A DNA stretch of 64,000 bases from Deinococcales bacterium (lineage in GTDB: Bacteria > Deinococcota > Deinococci > Deinococcales > JAAFIG01). The position numbers and the translations under genes were made by a program. Positions 30,883 through 41,674 of this stretch are shown here, piece after piece (the first letter of the stretch is position 1; each line of letters opens with the position of its first letter). The stretch lies in the NCBI GenBank assembly GCA_043778225.1, contig JAYWGM010000086.1, positions 10,956-74,955 of the forward strand, in the 5' to 3' direction. Under the pieces are notes generated by a model. It worked only from the letters and a program-made list of their open reading frames with translations, did no database searches and was not told where the DNA came from.

Positions 30883-31808
30883 TTAAACCTGCCCGTGAAT
30901 ACGATTTCCCTGTGGTCAAAGATGGTGTGCTGCACAAAAATGCTCCTGCTGTGCGTGAACCCAAACCAGACTGGCTAAAAGTCTCTTTACCAAGTGGCAT
31001 TGGTTACTCGAGCATCAAAGATATTGTTGGTCGGCATGGTCTAGCCACGGTTTGCCAAGAAGCGATGTGTCCCAATATCGCCGAATGCTGGAGTGCTGGC
31101 ACAGCCACTTTTATGCTGCTTGGCAGTGTTTGTACCCGTGCTTGTCAGTTTTGCGCGGTCAACACAGGCAATCCTCAAGGCAGGCTCGACCAGACCGAAC
31201 CAGAACACATTGCCGAATCGGTCGAGTTAATGGGCTTAAAGTATGTGGTCTTAACCAGCGTCAACCGCGATGACTTACCCGATGGCGGTGCAGCCCATTT
31301 TGCACGCACCATAGAAGCCATTAAAGCTCGAGTTCCCAATGCCAAAGTCGAAGCCCTGACTCCCGATTTTCAAGGTCGTCTCGAGTCGGTCTATACAGTC
31401 ATAGACAGTGGTATCGAAGTCTATGCTCAGAACCTCGAGACGGTGCGCCGTTTGACCCATCCAGTCCGAGACTCAAGAGCCAGTTACGAACAAACACTGC
31501 GAGTTCTCGAGTCGGCTAAAGTCTATAAGCCCAGCTTGTACACCAAAACCAGCTTGATGCTTGGGCTTGGCGAAACAAGGGATGAAATCCGTCAAGCGCT
31601 CTCGGACATTCGCAGCGCTAAAGTGGACATTGTGACTTTTGGGCAATATTTACGTCCGACCAAAAACCATTTGCCAGTCGTGCGCTACCTACCGCCAGCC
31701 GAATTTGACGAGATTCGGATTGAAGCCCTTGAGTATGGTTTTCTCGAGGTCGTGGCAGGTCCTTTGGTGCGCTCGAGTTATAAAGCCGAACAGGTTTTGC
31801 AGGGCTAG
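30879..31808 (+). CDS. lipA: Lipoyl synthase
   Basis: [28 protein letters not shown]. Confidence 0.96.
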   Translation: MIKPAREYDFPVVKDGVLHKNAPAVREPKPDWLKVSLPSGIGYSSIKDIVGRHGLATVCQEAMCPNIAECWSAGTATFMLLGSVCTRACQFCAVNTGNPQGRLDQTEPEHIAESVELMGLKYVVLTSVNRDDLPDGGAAHFARTIEAIKARVPNAKVEALTPDFQGRLESVYTVIDSGIEVYAQNLETVRRLTHPVRDSRASYEQTLRVLESAKVYKPSLYTKTSLMLGLGETRDEIRQALSDIRSAKVDIVTFGQYLRPTKNHLPVVRYLPPAEFDEIRIEALEYGFLEVVAGPLVRSSYKAEQVLQG

Positions 31809-31846
31809 AGGTCAAAAGGTCAGAAGGTTAAAAGGTTAAGCAAAGT

Positions 31847-32446
31847 TCATCTGAGGCTGACCGTGCTTGGCTCGAGTTGCACCCCGTCCACAAACTTGCC
31901 ATTGGCATCCACTGGGGTGAGGTTGGTCTCGGGGCTGCCCGCTACGCCAAGCGCTGAGGTCACTTGGGCAACTTGCTCGGTTGTACCGATTGCCAGCACT
32001 GTAAAACTCGAGGGAATTGGTGCGGTGTTATCCAGCGAGGCGATTCTCACCAGCACGCTTTGCTTGACCACACTTTTTAAGGTTGCTGAAACACGGCGCG
32101 GCTCATAGCCAAGGATTTTGACGTTGCTTGGCGCGTCCACCCGCACATCGCTCGAGAAAAAGCCATCGGGGCGATTATTGATGTTGATGCTGGCTTCGAG
32201 GTTATTGCCTTGGATTTGCTCGAGTTCGCCGCGAGCGCCTTGGATTTGTAACCGAATGGTTTTGGGTAAGTCACGAATAATGCGGTTGTTGTTTAAGCCA
32301 CGTACCTCGAGCGGGATTTCAAGTCCACGGGTCGCCGTGCTGCGACGTTCGGCGGTGGCTGCAAACCAAAGTGCCACCGCAATCAGCAGCGCTCCTAATT
32401 TAGCCAGCCAATTCTCGAGTAACTGCTCGAGTAACTTAGCTGGCAT
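31847..32446 (-). CDS. cdaR: CdaR/YbbR-like regulator
   Basis: NWLAKLGALLIAVALW TM plus YbbR-like domain; follows cdaA. Confidence 0.75.
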   Translation of the reverse strand: MPAKLLEQLLENWLAKLGALLIAVALWFAATAERRSTATRGLEIPLEVRGLNNNRIIRDLPKTIRLQIQGARGELEQIQGNNLEASININNRPDGFFSSDVRVDAPSNVKILGYEPRRVSATLKSVVKQSVLVRIASLDNTAPIPSSFTVLAIGTTEQVAQVTSALGVAGSPETNLTPVDANGKFVDGVQLEPSTVSLR

Positions 32447-33251
32447 TGCCAACCTCGGGGTTTTGGGCTTCTTTAAGTTTTTGTCTGGTAAGGCTAAAGC
32501 GACCAACTCGTGGGCGAATCGATTTTTGCGCTGTGCTGCTCCGCAAACGTTCGCGCAACTCGAGAACCGTTAGGTCTGGGCTGAGGACACCACCTTCGGC
32601 AAGCCGCACCGAGCCGCGTTCCTCGGAGACCACCACAATCAAAGCATCGGTTTGCTCGGATAAACCCAAAGCAGCGCGGTGGCGTGTCCCATAAAGGCGC
32701 TGTACCCCACTCGAGTCGCTCTGCAACGGAAACAAGCAACCAGCAGCCCGAATTCGTCCGTGCTGAACAATTACGCCACCATCATGTAAGGGTGTGTTGC
32801 GGGCAAAAATCGTCTCGAGTAAACCGCTTGAGACATCAGCGTCTATTTTGATGCCACTGCTGGCGTAGTCACCCAAAGGCGTTTGGCGCTCGAGTGCAAT
32901 CAGCGCTCCTGTTTTGCGCTCAGCCAACCATTCGACGGCTCGAGTGATTTCATTCAGCGCCAGCATTTGTGGCACATCTTCGGTTTGGCGTGGTCTACCA
33001 ACCCGCTCCAAAACCGCTCGAAGCTCGGGTTGAAAAATCACAATCAAGGCAAAGACCCCAATCGCCGCAATTCGCTCGAGAATCGCATAGAGCGTGGTCA
33101 AGCCCAGCCAACGAGCCGTATATAAGAGTAAGCCAAAAACCACCAAGCCGCGCACCAAATTGAGGGTGCGAGAATCTGCCATAAGACGGTATGCCTGATA
33201 CAAAAGTACCGTCACCAAGGCAATATCGAGAATGTCAAGTAAAGTAAACAT
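32436..33251 (-). CDS. cdaA: Diadenylate cyclase
   Basis: Three TMs, FQPELR, GALI, PLHDGG, GTRHRAA, VSEERG. Confidence 0.93.
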   Translation of the reverse strand: MFTLLDILDIALVTVLLYQAYRLMADSRTLNLVRGLVVFGLLLYTARWLGLTTLYAILERIAAIGVFALIVIFQPELRAVLERVGRPRQTEDVPQMLALNEITRAVEWLAERKTGALIALERQTPLGDYASSGIKIDADVSSGLLETIFARNTPLHDGGVIVQHGRIRAAGCLFPLQSDSSGVQRLYGTRHRAALGLSEQTDALIVVVSEERGSVRLAEGGVLSPDLTVLELRERLRSSTAQKSIRPRVGRFSLTRQKLKEAQNPEVGNAS

Positions 33252-33396
33252 GAAAAATAAAAGTAAAATGCCTCAAAAACTCAAGACTCCTTTTCTATAG
33301 CCTACTCGAGAAACCAAAATTCTGCCTCGGGCAATTGGCGTAGGGCTGTATTCTTGCAGATGCAATGTGCTATATTGATTTTGAAAGGTTGTGATT

Positions 33397-33825
33397 ATGC
33401 TTAGTTTTTTTGAAACCCGAAATCAAATTGCCTTAAAAATCTTCCATCTGCCCTTTAAGACAGTCGAGCAAGCTGTTTTGCAGAATAAACCTATTTCCAA
33501 TATAACCCTGCCTAAATTAACCGAAGAGCTTGCGGCTATTTTAGGTATTGGCAAAACAGCCACGATTGGTCTACTCGGTATTAGCGTCTCACGACAATCC
33601 CGTAATACGGTCTTGAACACCGATATTTTAGACCGAGCCTCGAGTTATATCAGTGTTTTTGCTCGAGTTTCGAGTGTGCTTGGTGAAACCACTGCCAGAG
33701 CGTGGTTACAAAAACCAAAACGTGGCTTGGGTGGCGCTCTTCCAATAGATTTATTACAAACTCGGCTTGGGTTAAGTCAACTCGAAGATATGCTTTCGGC
33801 ACTCGAGGATGGTGCGTATCTCTGA
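33397..33825 (+). CDS. Xre/MbcA/ParS-type antitoxin
   Basis: ARAWLQKPKRGLGGALPIDLL...LEDG C-terminal domain. Confidence 0.82.
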   Translation: MLSFFETRNQIALKIFHLPFKTVEQAVLQNKPISNITLPKLTEELAAILGIGKTATIGLLGISVSRQSRNTVLNTDILDRASSYISVFARVSSVLGETTARAWLQKPKRGLGGALPIDLLQTRLGLSQLEDMLSALEDGAYL

Positions 33826-34283
33826 TTGTCACGCATCGTTTAGCTTTTACTGACAGCCTGATGTCTGCTTTTAAGCCGCGTGGCGCTCCTGCCCGTTGGA
33901 ACTCGAAAGGTGTGATTATGGTCTACACTTCCGAACACCAGGCTTTGGCGGCGCTCGAGATTCTTAACTATTGGGAAGAATACGACCAATTAAATGGATA
34001 TTTTGCGTACACCAGCACTTTTGATGCCAATTTGGTAGAAGCAGCAAGCTGGCATCCGACTGATTTATTGGACAAAAATAAAACTCAAGCCATTGGTGAT
34101 GCTTGGATTGCGTCTCGATCCAGTGTGGTCTTAAAAGTCCCATCGGTGACTGTCCCTTTAGGAACAAACTATCTATTAAATCCAGAACATCCAGATTTTT
34201 ATCGGGCTGTAAAACTCGAGGCACACGGGTCTTTTGGATTTGATACACGAATTCAAAAACTGGTTTTGCAATCTAAACGTTAA
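33822..34283 (+). CDS. RES-domain toxin; start uncertain
   Basis: ARWNSKG, YTSE...[23 protein letters not shown]. Confidence 0.85.
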   Translation: MIVTHRLAFTDSLMSAFKPRGAPARWNSKGVIMVYTSEHQALAALEILNYWEEYDQLNGYFAYTSTFDANLVEAASWHPTDLLDKNKTQAIGDAWIASRSSVVLKVPSVTVPLGTNYLLNPEHPDFYRAVKLEAHGSFGFDTRIQKLVLQSKR

Positions 34284-35686
34284 ACCGCTTGAGCGAGGAT
34301 GGCTCGAATCACTTCTGGATTGGCTTTGCCCCCCATTTCTTTCATCACTTTGCCAAATAAACTGTTGACCGCTTTGGCGTTGCCAGCTTTGATTTGTGCC
34401 ACAACGTCTGGGTTCTCGAGCAGGATTTTTTGCACTGCGTTCTCGATGGCACGGCTGTCCGAGACTTGGCGCAGTCCGCGTTCCTCAATCAAAACTTCTG
34501 GGTCTGCACCGTTCATGACCTCGGTCAAAATATCCTTAGCCATCCGCCCAGAGATTGTGCCAGTGTCTATCAGGCTTAAAAGCGCCGCCAAGTGAGCGGG
34601 AGTCAAAGCAGTTGTATCAAGCCCGAGGTCGTGTTCATTGAGGTAGCCAGCAATATCAGCATTGAGCCAATTGGCAATTTTTGCGGCTTCACCCGTATAG
34701 ATTTTTTTGGTGGCTTCAAAAAAGCTCGAGGTAACGGCGCTGTAGGCAATTTGCTCAGCATCGGCTTGGCGCAGCCCTAAGTTCAGATACTCGAGCATTT
34801 TTTGGTCTGGCAGTTTAGGCATCGTGGCTTTGATACGCGCAATCCAAGCCGCATCTATCTCGAGCGGTGGCAAATCTGGCTCGGGGAAATAGCGGTAATC
34901 GGCTTCACCTTCTTTGGTTCGCATTAAGAACGTTTTACCGCGCTCATCGTCCCAGCCCATCGTGTCTTGGGTAACGACACCGCCACCGCGCAGCACTTTG
35001 ATTTGCCGCTCGATTTCGTACTCGAGGCTACGCGCCACACTGCGAAAAGAATTGAGGTTTTTCACTTCGACTTTTGTGCCAAATTCGGTGTTCGGTAAAT
35101 GCACCGAAACATTGACATCACAGCGCATTTTGCCTTCTTCGGGTTTGGCATCACCAATCCCAAGGGTTTGCACAATCGCTTGGATTTTTTGTAAAAATGC
35201 TCGGGCTTGTTCGGCATCTTCTATATCGGGTTCGGTGACCATTTCAATCAGCCCACAACCCGCCCGATTTAAGTCAACTAAACTGTAAGGCTTATCGTTT
35301 GGGTGAATCAGCTTACCCGCGTCGTTCTCGAGGTGGGCGCGTTTAATTCGCACGGTTTGCCCCAAGACCTGTATTGTTCCGTCTCGAGCAATTGGGCGGT
35401 CGTACTGACTGATTTGAAAATTATGCGGGCTGTCGGGGTAAAAATAATTTTTGCGGTGAAATTGGGTAAACCCCGAGACATCGCAATTTAATGCCAAGCC
35501 AAACATAATCGCGCTGTCTACAGCTTTTTTGTTGATTGTCGGCAGAACCCCCGGTAAGCCCAAACTAAATGGGTCGGTAAAGGAATTGGGCGCACCACCA
35601 AAGTAATCGGCACTGACACTCGAGAACATTTTTGAGTGGGTCGAGAGTTGAATGTGGACTTCTAAACCTATCACGGCTTTGTACAT
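34280..35686 (-). CDS. gatB: Asp/Glu-tRNA amidotransferase subunit B
   Basis: [42 protein letters not shown]. Confidence 0.97.
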   Translation of the reverse strand: MYKAVIGLEVHIQLSTHSKMFSSVSADYFGGAPNSFTDPFSLGLPGVLPTINKKAVDSAIMFGLALNCDVSGFTQFHRKNYFYPDSPHNFQISQYDRPIARDGTIQVLGQTVRIKRAHLENDAGKLIHPNDKPYSLVDLNRAGCGLIEMVTEPDIEDAEQARAFLQKIQAIVQTLGIGDAKPEEGKMRCDVNVSVHLPNTEFGTKVEVKNLNSFRSVARSLEYEIERQIKVLRGGGVVTQDTMGWDDERGKTFLMRTKEGEADYRYFPEPDLPPLEIDAAWIARIKATMPKLPDQKMLEYLNLGLRQADAEQIAYSAVTSSFFEATKKIYTGEAAKIANWLNADIAGYLNEHDLGLDTTALTPAHLAALLSLIDTGTISGRMAKDILTEVMNGADPEVLIEERGLRQVSDSRAIENAVQKILLENPDVVAQIKAGNAKAVNSLFGKVMKEMGGKANPEVIRAILAQAV

Positions 35687-35734
35687 AGCCTAAGTTTACC
35701 GTGTCTCGAGCTTGGATTTGTGTTTGAATATCCT

Positions 35735-37243
35735 ATGCAAACCATTTTGTTGCTTCCTTGTGATACCCGCCCACCAACCCTCGAGTTGCCCTTGCAACTG
35801 GCAAAAGTGGTGGGGCTGGAAATGCGTGTTCCACCACTCGAAATGCTTAATGACCAGAATATCCCCGGAGACACCGCCGCTATTGCCGCTTGGCTGCTCG
35901 AGAATGCCGCCAGTGCCGATGCAGCAATTATCACGCTCGAGACCCTGTGCTTAGGTGGCATGATTCCAGCACGGCGGGTTTCAGATTCGCTTGAAGTTGC
36001 CTTAGCTCGGCTCGAGGTGCTGCGCCAAGTCAAGCGCATCAACCCCCAGATTAAACTCTATGCGTATGGCGTGATTGTCCGTGTGGCGCACGATAACGAC
36101 CCACTCGAGGAAAAATCGTACTACCAAGAATTTGGCACAGCCTTACGAAAAGTCTCTGAATGGATTGACCGAGTTGAACGCGGTGCAGATGACACCGAAC
36201 TCAAAGCCGCCAAAAAAGCCCTGCCTACCGAAATTCTTGAGGATTGGCTCGGGACTCGAGAGCGCAATCATGCACTGCACCAACGCGCCCTTGAAATGCT
36301 GTCCGAAGGGATTCTCGAGCATTTGTGTTTAACCCTCGATGACACCACGCCGTATGGCTTGGCAGCCCGTGACCGCCGCAGGCTCGAGGCGCGGATTGAT
36401 GCGCTTGGGGTCTGGGAACGTGCCAATGTCTATCCGGGCGCAGATGAGGTTGCGGCGGCACTCTTGGCAAAAGCCTTGGTGGACTCGAGTGGGTGCAAGC
36501 CCAAAATTTGGGTGCGTTACCCCAGCAGCCAAGCGCCCAACAGCATCATGTTGTACGAAGACCGTCTGCTTGGCGAATTGGTCAAAGCCCATATTCGGTC
36601 GGCGGGTGGTGTCCCAGCCTCGAGCGCCAGCACCGCCGATTTGATTTTGGCAGTCAACGCCCCAGCCATCAAACAAGCCCACCGCGCTTCGGATTTTGAG
36701 GTCGTGGACACCGCCAACCGCAACTTGGCTGCCTTTATAGATGAAATCTGCGATGACTTAGCCAATCATCGAGCCGTCACAATTGCCGATGTCGCCTATG
36801 CCAATGGGGCAGAGCCACGTTTTGTGCGCCAACTCTTGGCTCGAGCCGATGTTACCCAGTTATTTGGCTTTGCAGCTTGGAACACGGCTGGAAATACCCT
36901 TGGCAGTGCGATTGCGGCGGGTATTTGTGGTTTGTATTGCACCAACAAGACTGCACTTGCCGAAGCGACTTTCTCGAGACTGGTGGATGATTATTTGTAC
37001 CAAGCAAAAGTGCGTTCCGAAGTGCGCCAATGGCTCGAGAACCCAAGCCCATTTGACTTGGGCGAATTAAAACCGATTGCCGAAGCAGAAATCGAAAAAC
37101 GCATTCAGCCTTTGGCACTCGAGTTGTATACCCAGTATTTTGCCGAGCGACTCGAGAACACCAGCCTTGTTTGGCATGGCTCGAGTCTGGCTTGGAGTCG
37201 GTTGTTTACGGGCGTTTTTCGCTTGGAGTTTTTAGAGCAATAA
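35735..37243 (+). CDS. DUF4127 family protein
   Basis: PCDTRP, GGMIPAR, YPGADEV, DVAYANG, WNTAGNTLG. Confidence 0.8.
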   Translation: MQTILLLPCDTRPPTLELPLQLAKVVGLEMRVPPLEMLNDQNIPGDTAAIAAWLLENAASADAAIITLETLCLGGMIPARRVSDSLEVALARLEVLRQVKRINPQIKLYAYGVIVRVAHDNDPLEEKSYYQEFGTALRKVSEWIDRVERGADDTELKAAKKALPTEILEDWLGTRERNHALHQRALEMLSEGILEHLCLTLDDTTPYGLAARDRRRLEARIDALGVWERANVYPGADEVAAALLAKALVDSSGCKPKIWVRYPSSQAPNSIMLYEDRLLGELVKAHIRSAGGVPASSASTADLILAVNAPAIKQAHRASDFEVVDTANRNLAAFIDEICDDLANHRAVTIADVAYANGAEPRFVRQLLARADVTQLFGFAAWNTAGNTLGSAIAAGICGLYCTNKTALAEATFSRLVDDYLYQAKVRSEVRQWLENPSPFDLGELKPIAEAEIEKRIQPLALELYTQYFAERLENTSLVWHGSSLAWSRLFTGVFRLEFLEQ

Positions 37244-38248
37244 TTGGGCTTTGACTTGCGGCAAGATATGCCCAAGCGAGGCTTCTTCTACAGCTTTGAG
37301 TGCTACCTCGAGCCGTTCGATGTCGGCAGCAGCAAAACTGCGTAATTCGGCGGTGCTGTTGGGGTGCATGACCGCAATCCGTACCCATTGCCTTGCCAGC
37401 ACAACATTGCTTTCGGTGCGAGCCGCTGCCACCAGTAACTCGAGCAGCAAATTGGCAGACTGAATCTGGCTGGCAATCTCGAGGGCTTCGAGTAAATTAG
37501 TTTTTGCTTGCCCGATTTTGCCTTGGGCAATTTGGGCATGACTCAAGTTTAATAAGGTATTGGAAATTGCCCATTTCGAGCCTTCAAGGCGCAACAAAAT
37601 CAGGCTTTGCTGCGATAACTGCTCGGATTGGGCGTATTCCCCAACCAACAAGGTACTCCAACTTAAACCGGTTAAACACAGCGCAATACCTTTTTGATAA
37701 TCATATGCTTGATTGATTTTTAAGGCTTCTTGCAGCAGTTCGATACAGCGCTGTTGCCGTCCAGCTTGCCCCTCGAGCCGCCCGAGCAAGGTCATGGTGC
37801 TGGCAAGGCGCAAGGGGTCGGCAGTTGTTTGCACCACCGCCAGCGATTCCTCGAGTAAACCACGGGCTGTCGAATTATTGCCTAAGTAAAATTCGGTGTT
37901 TCCCAACCAATATAGGGCTTTAGCAAGGGTACTGGCGTGTTCTGAGCGCCGCGCCAAAACCAAGGCTTCTTGCGCCGTTTTCAGGACTTGGGCATAGCTC
38001 GACTTCCCGCCAGCCACCCGCACTGTGCCAACCATCGCTTCGGCTATCCAACGCGGTTGCCCTAAGAGTCGTGCCAAGGCAAGGGCTGCCAAAAAGGCTT
38101 CCTGGGCAGCATCGTACTGGGCAAGGTCGTGCAGCAAATCACCAATCGCTAAATAGATTTCTAAACGTTCAAAACTGTTTTGTGTGGCAATAAGTTGTGT
38201 CTGGGCTTGCGCCAAACGCCTCTGGAGTTGTTGGCTGGTCTGGTTCAA
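37232..38248 (-). CDS. Tetratricopeptide repeat protein
   Basis: Helical repeats; TTG start forming a TTGA overlap with the upstream stop, preceded by GGAAGG. Confidence 0.7.
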   Translation of the reverse strand: MNQTSQQLQRRLAQAQTQLIATQNSFERLEIYLAIGDLLHDLAQYDAAQEAFLAALALARLLGQPRWIAEAMVGTVRVAGGKSSYAQVLKTAQEALVLARRSEHASTLAKALYWLGNTEFYLGNNSTARGLLEESLAVVQTTADPLRLASTMTLLGRLEGQAGRQQRCIELLQEALKINQAYDYQKGIALCLTGLSWSTLLVGEYAQSEQLSQQSLILLRLEGSKWAISNTLLNLSHAQIAQGKIGQAKTNLLEALEIASQIQSANLLLELLVAAARTESNVVLARQWVRIAVMHPNSTAELRSFAAADIERLEVALKAVEEASLGHILPQVKAQLLL

Positions 38249-38619
38249 TTTAACGACCTTCCATAATAAGGGCAGTTTGCGCTGCGCTGAATCATGGCTG
38301 GACAACGCAATTGACTGGCTCGCATTGCCTCGAGTTGGGCTTCGGAAAGCATTTCTTGGCAGACTGGACAGCCAACTTTAATACTCATTTTTGGCATCAC
38401 ATCCACCGTCTTGGCTTGCTGCTGACTCGAGGACTGCCGATTTTGCTGACTCGAGAAATCTGCGCCGCGCACTGTGCCATCACGGACTTGACGCACAAAC
38501 TTAAAAGCGTTGCGGGCGGTTTGGTAGATCTTTTGCCAGCGTCGCCAATAAGGGCGCAACCACCAAGCAAAGGCGGCGGCAACCAGCAAAAATAAAATCA
38601 GATTGATCAAAAGTCGCAT
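38245..38619 (-). CDS. Hypothetical membrane-anchored protein with C-terminal Cys4 motif
   Basis: N-terminal TM; CPVC...CP...CPY. Confidence 0.65.
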   Translation of the reverse strand: MRLLINLILFLLVAAAFAWWLRPYWRRWQKIYQTARNAFKFVRQVRDGTVRGADFSSQQNRQSSSQQQAKTVDVMPKMSIKVGCPVCQEMLSEAQLEAMRASQLRCPAMIQRSANCPYYGRSLN

Positions 38620-38660
38620 ATTTTAATAGTCTAAAACACTTCTGGCTCTAAAATTTGTGA

Positions 38661-40046
38661 TTATGACTCTGGTTCTTGACCAAGTAGCGTCTTGGGGTCG
38701 AGTTTGCCACGCCGTTCAATTGGCATCTCGAGCGCTCGAGCCAAGGCTTCCGAGCGGCTTTGCGGCACTAGCACTTGGCTGTGGCTATGCACATTGTCCG
38801 AACCCGGAAAACGCCCACCAGCAAACAGCCACGCCGCCAGCAGGGTCGCCAGTGGCACAGCCAGAATTAAACCAATGCTGCCAATTAAAGCATGAATAAT
38901 TTCGGTAGCCACCAATTCTAAATTGATGGCTTGACTAAAATTCATTTGCCCAAGTGTAAAAACCACCCAAAGCGGTAAACTCGAGCCTAGGTTTGCCAGC
39001 ACCAAAGTGTTGATTAAACTGCCAATGTGGTCAAAACCAACACTCATACCGCTCGAGTACAGTTTTTTCCAACCCAGATTTGGATTGATGTTGCTCAGTT
39101 CTCGCACCACCGCTGCCTGTGCCACAGTGCTGTCCACCAAAGCGCCAAGTGCGCCAATCAGGATTCCCGCGATAATCAAACCACGCAGATTGACGGTCAC
39201 ACCAGCCGACTGACTCATTTGTAAAATTAAAGCCCCTTCTTCGCCGCCCAGACCCGTTAAATGTGCCAAACTGGCAAAAACATTGGCAAGCACCAAGGTC
39301 AGAATGGCTGCCAGCACGGTCGCCAATAAACTCGAGTGGGCTGTCCAATTGATACCATGGACAAAATAGACACTGGCAGCCAAAATCGCACTCGAGCCAA
39401 GAATCGCCACCAAGACTGGATTAAAGCCACTCGAGATACCCGGCACAATCAGCAATAAAATAATCGCCAAAGAAAACCCCATTGCCAGCACCGCTCGAAT
39501 CCCTTTGCTGCGCCCAACAATCGCGGCAATCAGCACAAAAAGAATCGCTAAACCCAAAAGTGGCAAACGGCGCACATGATCGTTGGCATAAAAAAGAAAT
39601 TCGTTTTCGGGTCCAAGGGTTGGAAAAACCTCGATTGTGTCACCTGGGTTAAAACGCCTCGAGTCATCCTGAACTTTGGCTAATTTACCGCTTGCCAGGC
39701 GGACTTCAAGCACCTGTGGCTCTCGAGTGTCGGACGGAATCTCGAGGATGCGCTTGACTGTTCCCTCGAGATAGGTGGCATTTTCGCCGGGCGAAAGCCG
39801 ATAAATAATCGCACCACTCGGCAGGGTTTGGGACACCACTTCGACAGTCTCGCCAAGTTTGGCTGTGCCAAGGTCGTCTATGGCATTGACCAATTTTTTA
39901 TTCTCGAGCCGCACTTCAAAATCTGCCCCACTGCCAACGGCGGCAGGACGCTCGACGATGCCTTTGACTCCAGCCGGTGGCTCGCCCGTGTCTTGGGCAA
40001 AACTGCTCGAGAACAAACACAAAACGAGCAATAAAATTTGAATCAT
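38661..40046 (-). CDS. YibE/F family membrane protein
   Basis: GALGALVD, G-x-DHIGSLINTLVLA, GSIGLILAVP. Confidence 0.88.
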   Translation of the reverse strand: MIQILLLVLCLFSSSFAQDTGEPPAGVKGIVERPAAVGSGADFEVRLENKKLVNAIDDLGTAKLGETVEVVSQTLPSGAIIYRLSPGENATYLEGTVKRILEIPSDTREPQVLEVRLASGKLAKVQDDSRRFNPGDTIEVFPTLGPENEFLFYANDHVRRLPLLGLAILFVLIAAIVGRSKGIRAVLAMGFSLAIILLLIVPGISSGFNPVLVAILGSSAILAASVYFVHGINWTAHSSLLATVLAAILTLVLANVFASLAHLTGLGGEEGALILQMSQSAGVTVNLRGLIIAGILIGALGALVDSTVAQAAVVRELSNINPNLGWKKLYSSGMSVGFDHIGSLINTLVLANLGSSLPLWVVFTLGQMNFSQAINLELVATEIIHALIGSIGLILAVPLATLLAAWLFAGGRFPGSDNVHSHSQVLVPQSRSEALARALEMPIERRGKLDPKTLLGQEPES

Positions 40047-40432
40047 GCTGCCCTCGAGTCACAGCTTTGGCAAAGCCCGTACAAGGTTAAATGATGCTCA
40101 AAAACACGGTAGCCATTGGGCAGCAGTGTGCCACTGGGCAAATGAACGGGGCAGAAATCGAGTTCAAAGACCTTTTGGCAATTCTGGCAGCGAAAATGAT
40201 GATGGTGATGCCCACGCCGCACTTCATAGCGAGCTTCCTCGCCGGGCAACTCGACCTCAAGAATTTCTTGGTCGTCGCGCATTCGTTTGACTGCACGATA
40301 AACGGTTGCCAACCCCAGCGATTCGAGGTTACTTTTAGCTCGAGTAAAAATATCTGGAATGCCAAGTGGTCCTTCGGCACTTTGAAGCACAGCTAAAATG
40401 GTTTGACTTTGGCGGGTGTTGCGGCGATTCAT
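40043..40432 (-). CDS. Fur family regulator (Zur-like)
   Basis: LATVYR, HHHHFRCQNC, YGLCQSC. Confidence 0.9.
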   Translation of the reverse strand: MNRRNTRQSQTILAVLQSAEGPLGIPDIFTRAKSNLESLGLATVYRAVKRMRDDQEILEVELPGEEARYEVRRGHHHHHFRCQNCQKVFELDFCPVHLPSGTLLPNGYRVFEHHLTLYGLCQSCDSRAA

Positions 40433-40516
40433 GTGCTTAGTTTAACGTTTTGCAATGAGCAACGACAGTCAATAGGCTATTTTTGGCTTGACTTTTGTTT
40501 GACTTTCCAGTAGCGT

Positions 40517-40538
40517 AAAAAAGACCGATTGGTTTTTT
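40517..40538. promoter_or_regulatory. Likely TetR operator
   Basis: Imperfect palindrome AAAAAAGACCGATTGGTTTTTT just upstream of tetR. Confidence 0.55.
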
Positions 40539-40549
40539 TAAGGATTTTT

Positions 40550-41164
40550 ATGCGTAAAGGTGAACGAACCAAAGAATTTATTCTCGAGCAAAGCGCTGCG
40601 CTTTTTAATAAGCAGGGCTATGCCAGCACCAGTTTATCCGACATTATGGCAGCCACCAAACTCGAGAAGGGCGGTATTTACAACCATTTTGCCAATAAAG
40701 AAGCCTTGATGCAGGAAGCCTTTTTGTTTGCGGTGCAAAAAGTTGAAGCTCGCTATAACAGCCTACTCGAGGAGCGTGCCGATTCACGGTCGCGGCTGTT
40801 GGCGGTTCTCGAGGTCTTCAAAAGTTTTTTGACCGACCCGCCTGTGCGTGGTGGTTGCCCGATGCTGAACGCGGCAATAGAAGCCGATGATGCCCTACCC
40901 GCCCTGCGCCCCAGTGTGCGGCGGGCGCTTGAAGGCTGGCGCACGGCGATTAAAGGTATTCTCGAGCGCGGCATTGCTCGTGGCGAACTGCGCCGCGACC
41001 TCGACCCAGAAGGTTTCTCGAGCGTGATGTTGGCATCCTTAGAAGGTGGCGTGATGCTTTCCAAAATGTACCGCGACCCTGTGCATATCGAACGGGTGCT
41101 GCGCTTTTTTGAGTTGCAAATTGATGGTTTAGAAGTTCGTCCGTATTTGTATGCTGGCGGGTGA
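40550..41164 (+). CDS. TetR/AcrR family regulator
   Basis: KGGIYNHFANKEAL HTH; GGCP motif. Confidence 0.92.
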   Translation: MRKGERTKEFILEQSAALFNKQGYASTSLSDIMAATKLEKGGIYNHFANKEALMQEAFLFAVQKVEARYNSLLEERADSRSRLLAVLEVFKSFLTDPPVRGGCPMLNAAIEADDALPALRPSVRRALEGWRTAIKGILERGIARGELRRDLDPEGFSSVMLASLEGGVMLSKMYRDPVHIERVLRFFELQIDGLEVRPYLYAGG

Positions 41165-41246
41165 GGGGCAGGGAGAAAAGGTAAAAAGGTAAAGATTACA
41201 AGCTCTTTACGCGCAATGGTGCTGTTTTTAAAATTGGAGGAAAATA

Positions 41247-41636
41247 ATGACCGAGTTAAGTATGTTGCAACAAACGCTGGTACAAACCCTAGAAATTGAA
41301 ATTCTCGAGGGTACAAAAGACCGAGTGGTCGCTAAAATGCCTGTCCAGCCTAAAGTCCATCAGCCTTTTGGTTTTCTGCATGGCGGCGCTTCGGTGGCAC
41401 TTGCCGAAACAGTTGCCAGTATTGGGGCGTACTTGAATGTGGCTGAAAACGGCGAGAATGCCTTTGGACTCGAGATTAACGCCAACCACATTCGCCCCAA
41501 GCGCGATGGTTTTGTGACCGCCACCGCCACCCCTTTGCACCGTGGCAAAAGTACCCACGTCTGGGATATTCAAATTACCGATGAAGCTGGCAAATTGGTC
41601 TGTGTCTCGAGATGCACCATGGCGATTACCAAGTGA
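41247..41636 (+). CDS. Hotdog-fold thioesterase (PaaI/MenI-like)
   Basis: QPFGFLHGGASVALAET, GLEINANH. Confidence 0.9.
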   Translation: MTELSMLQQTLVQTLEIEILEGTKDRVVAKMPVQPKVHQPFGFLHGGASVALAETVASIGAYLNVAENGENAFGLEINANHIRPKRDGFVTATATPLHRGKSTHVWDIQITDEAGKLVCVSRCTMAITK

Positions 41637-41674
41637 CGGTTAGAAGGGTTAAAAGGGCAAAAGGTTAAAAGTTC

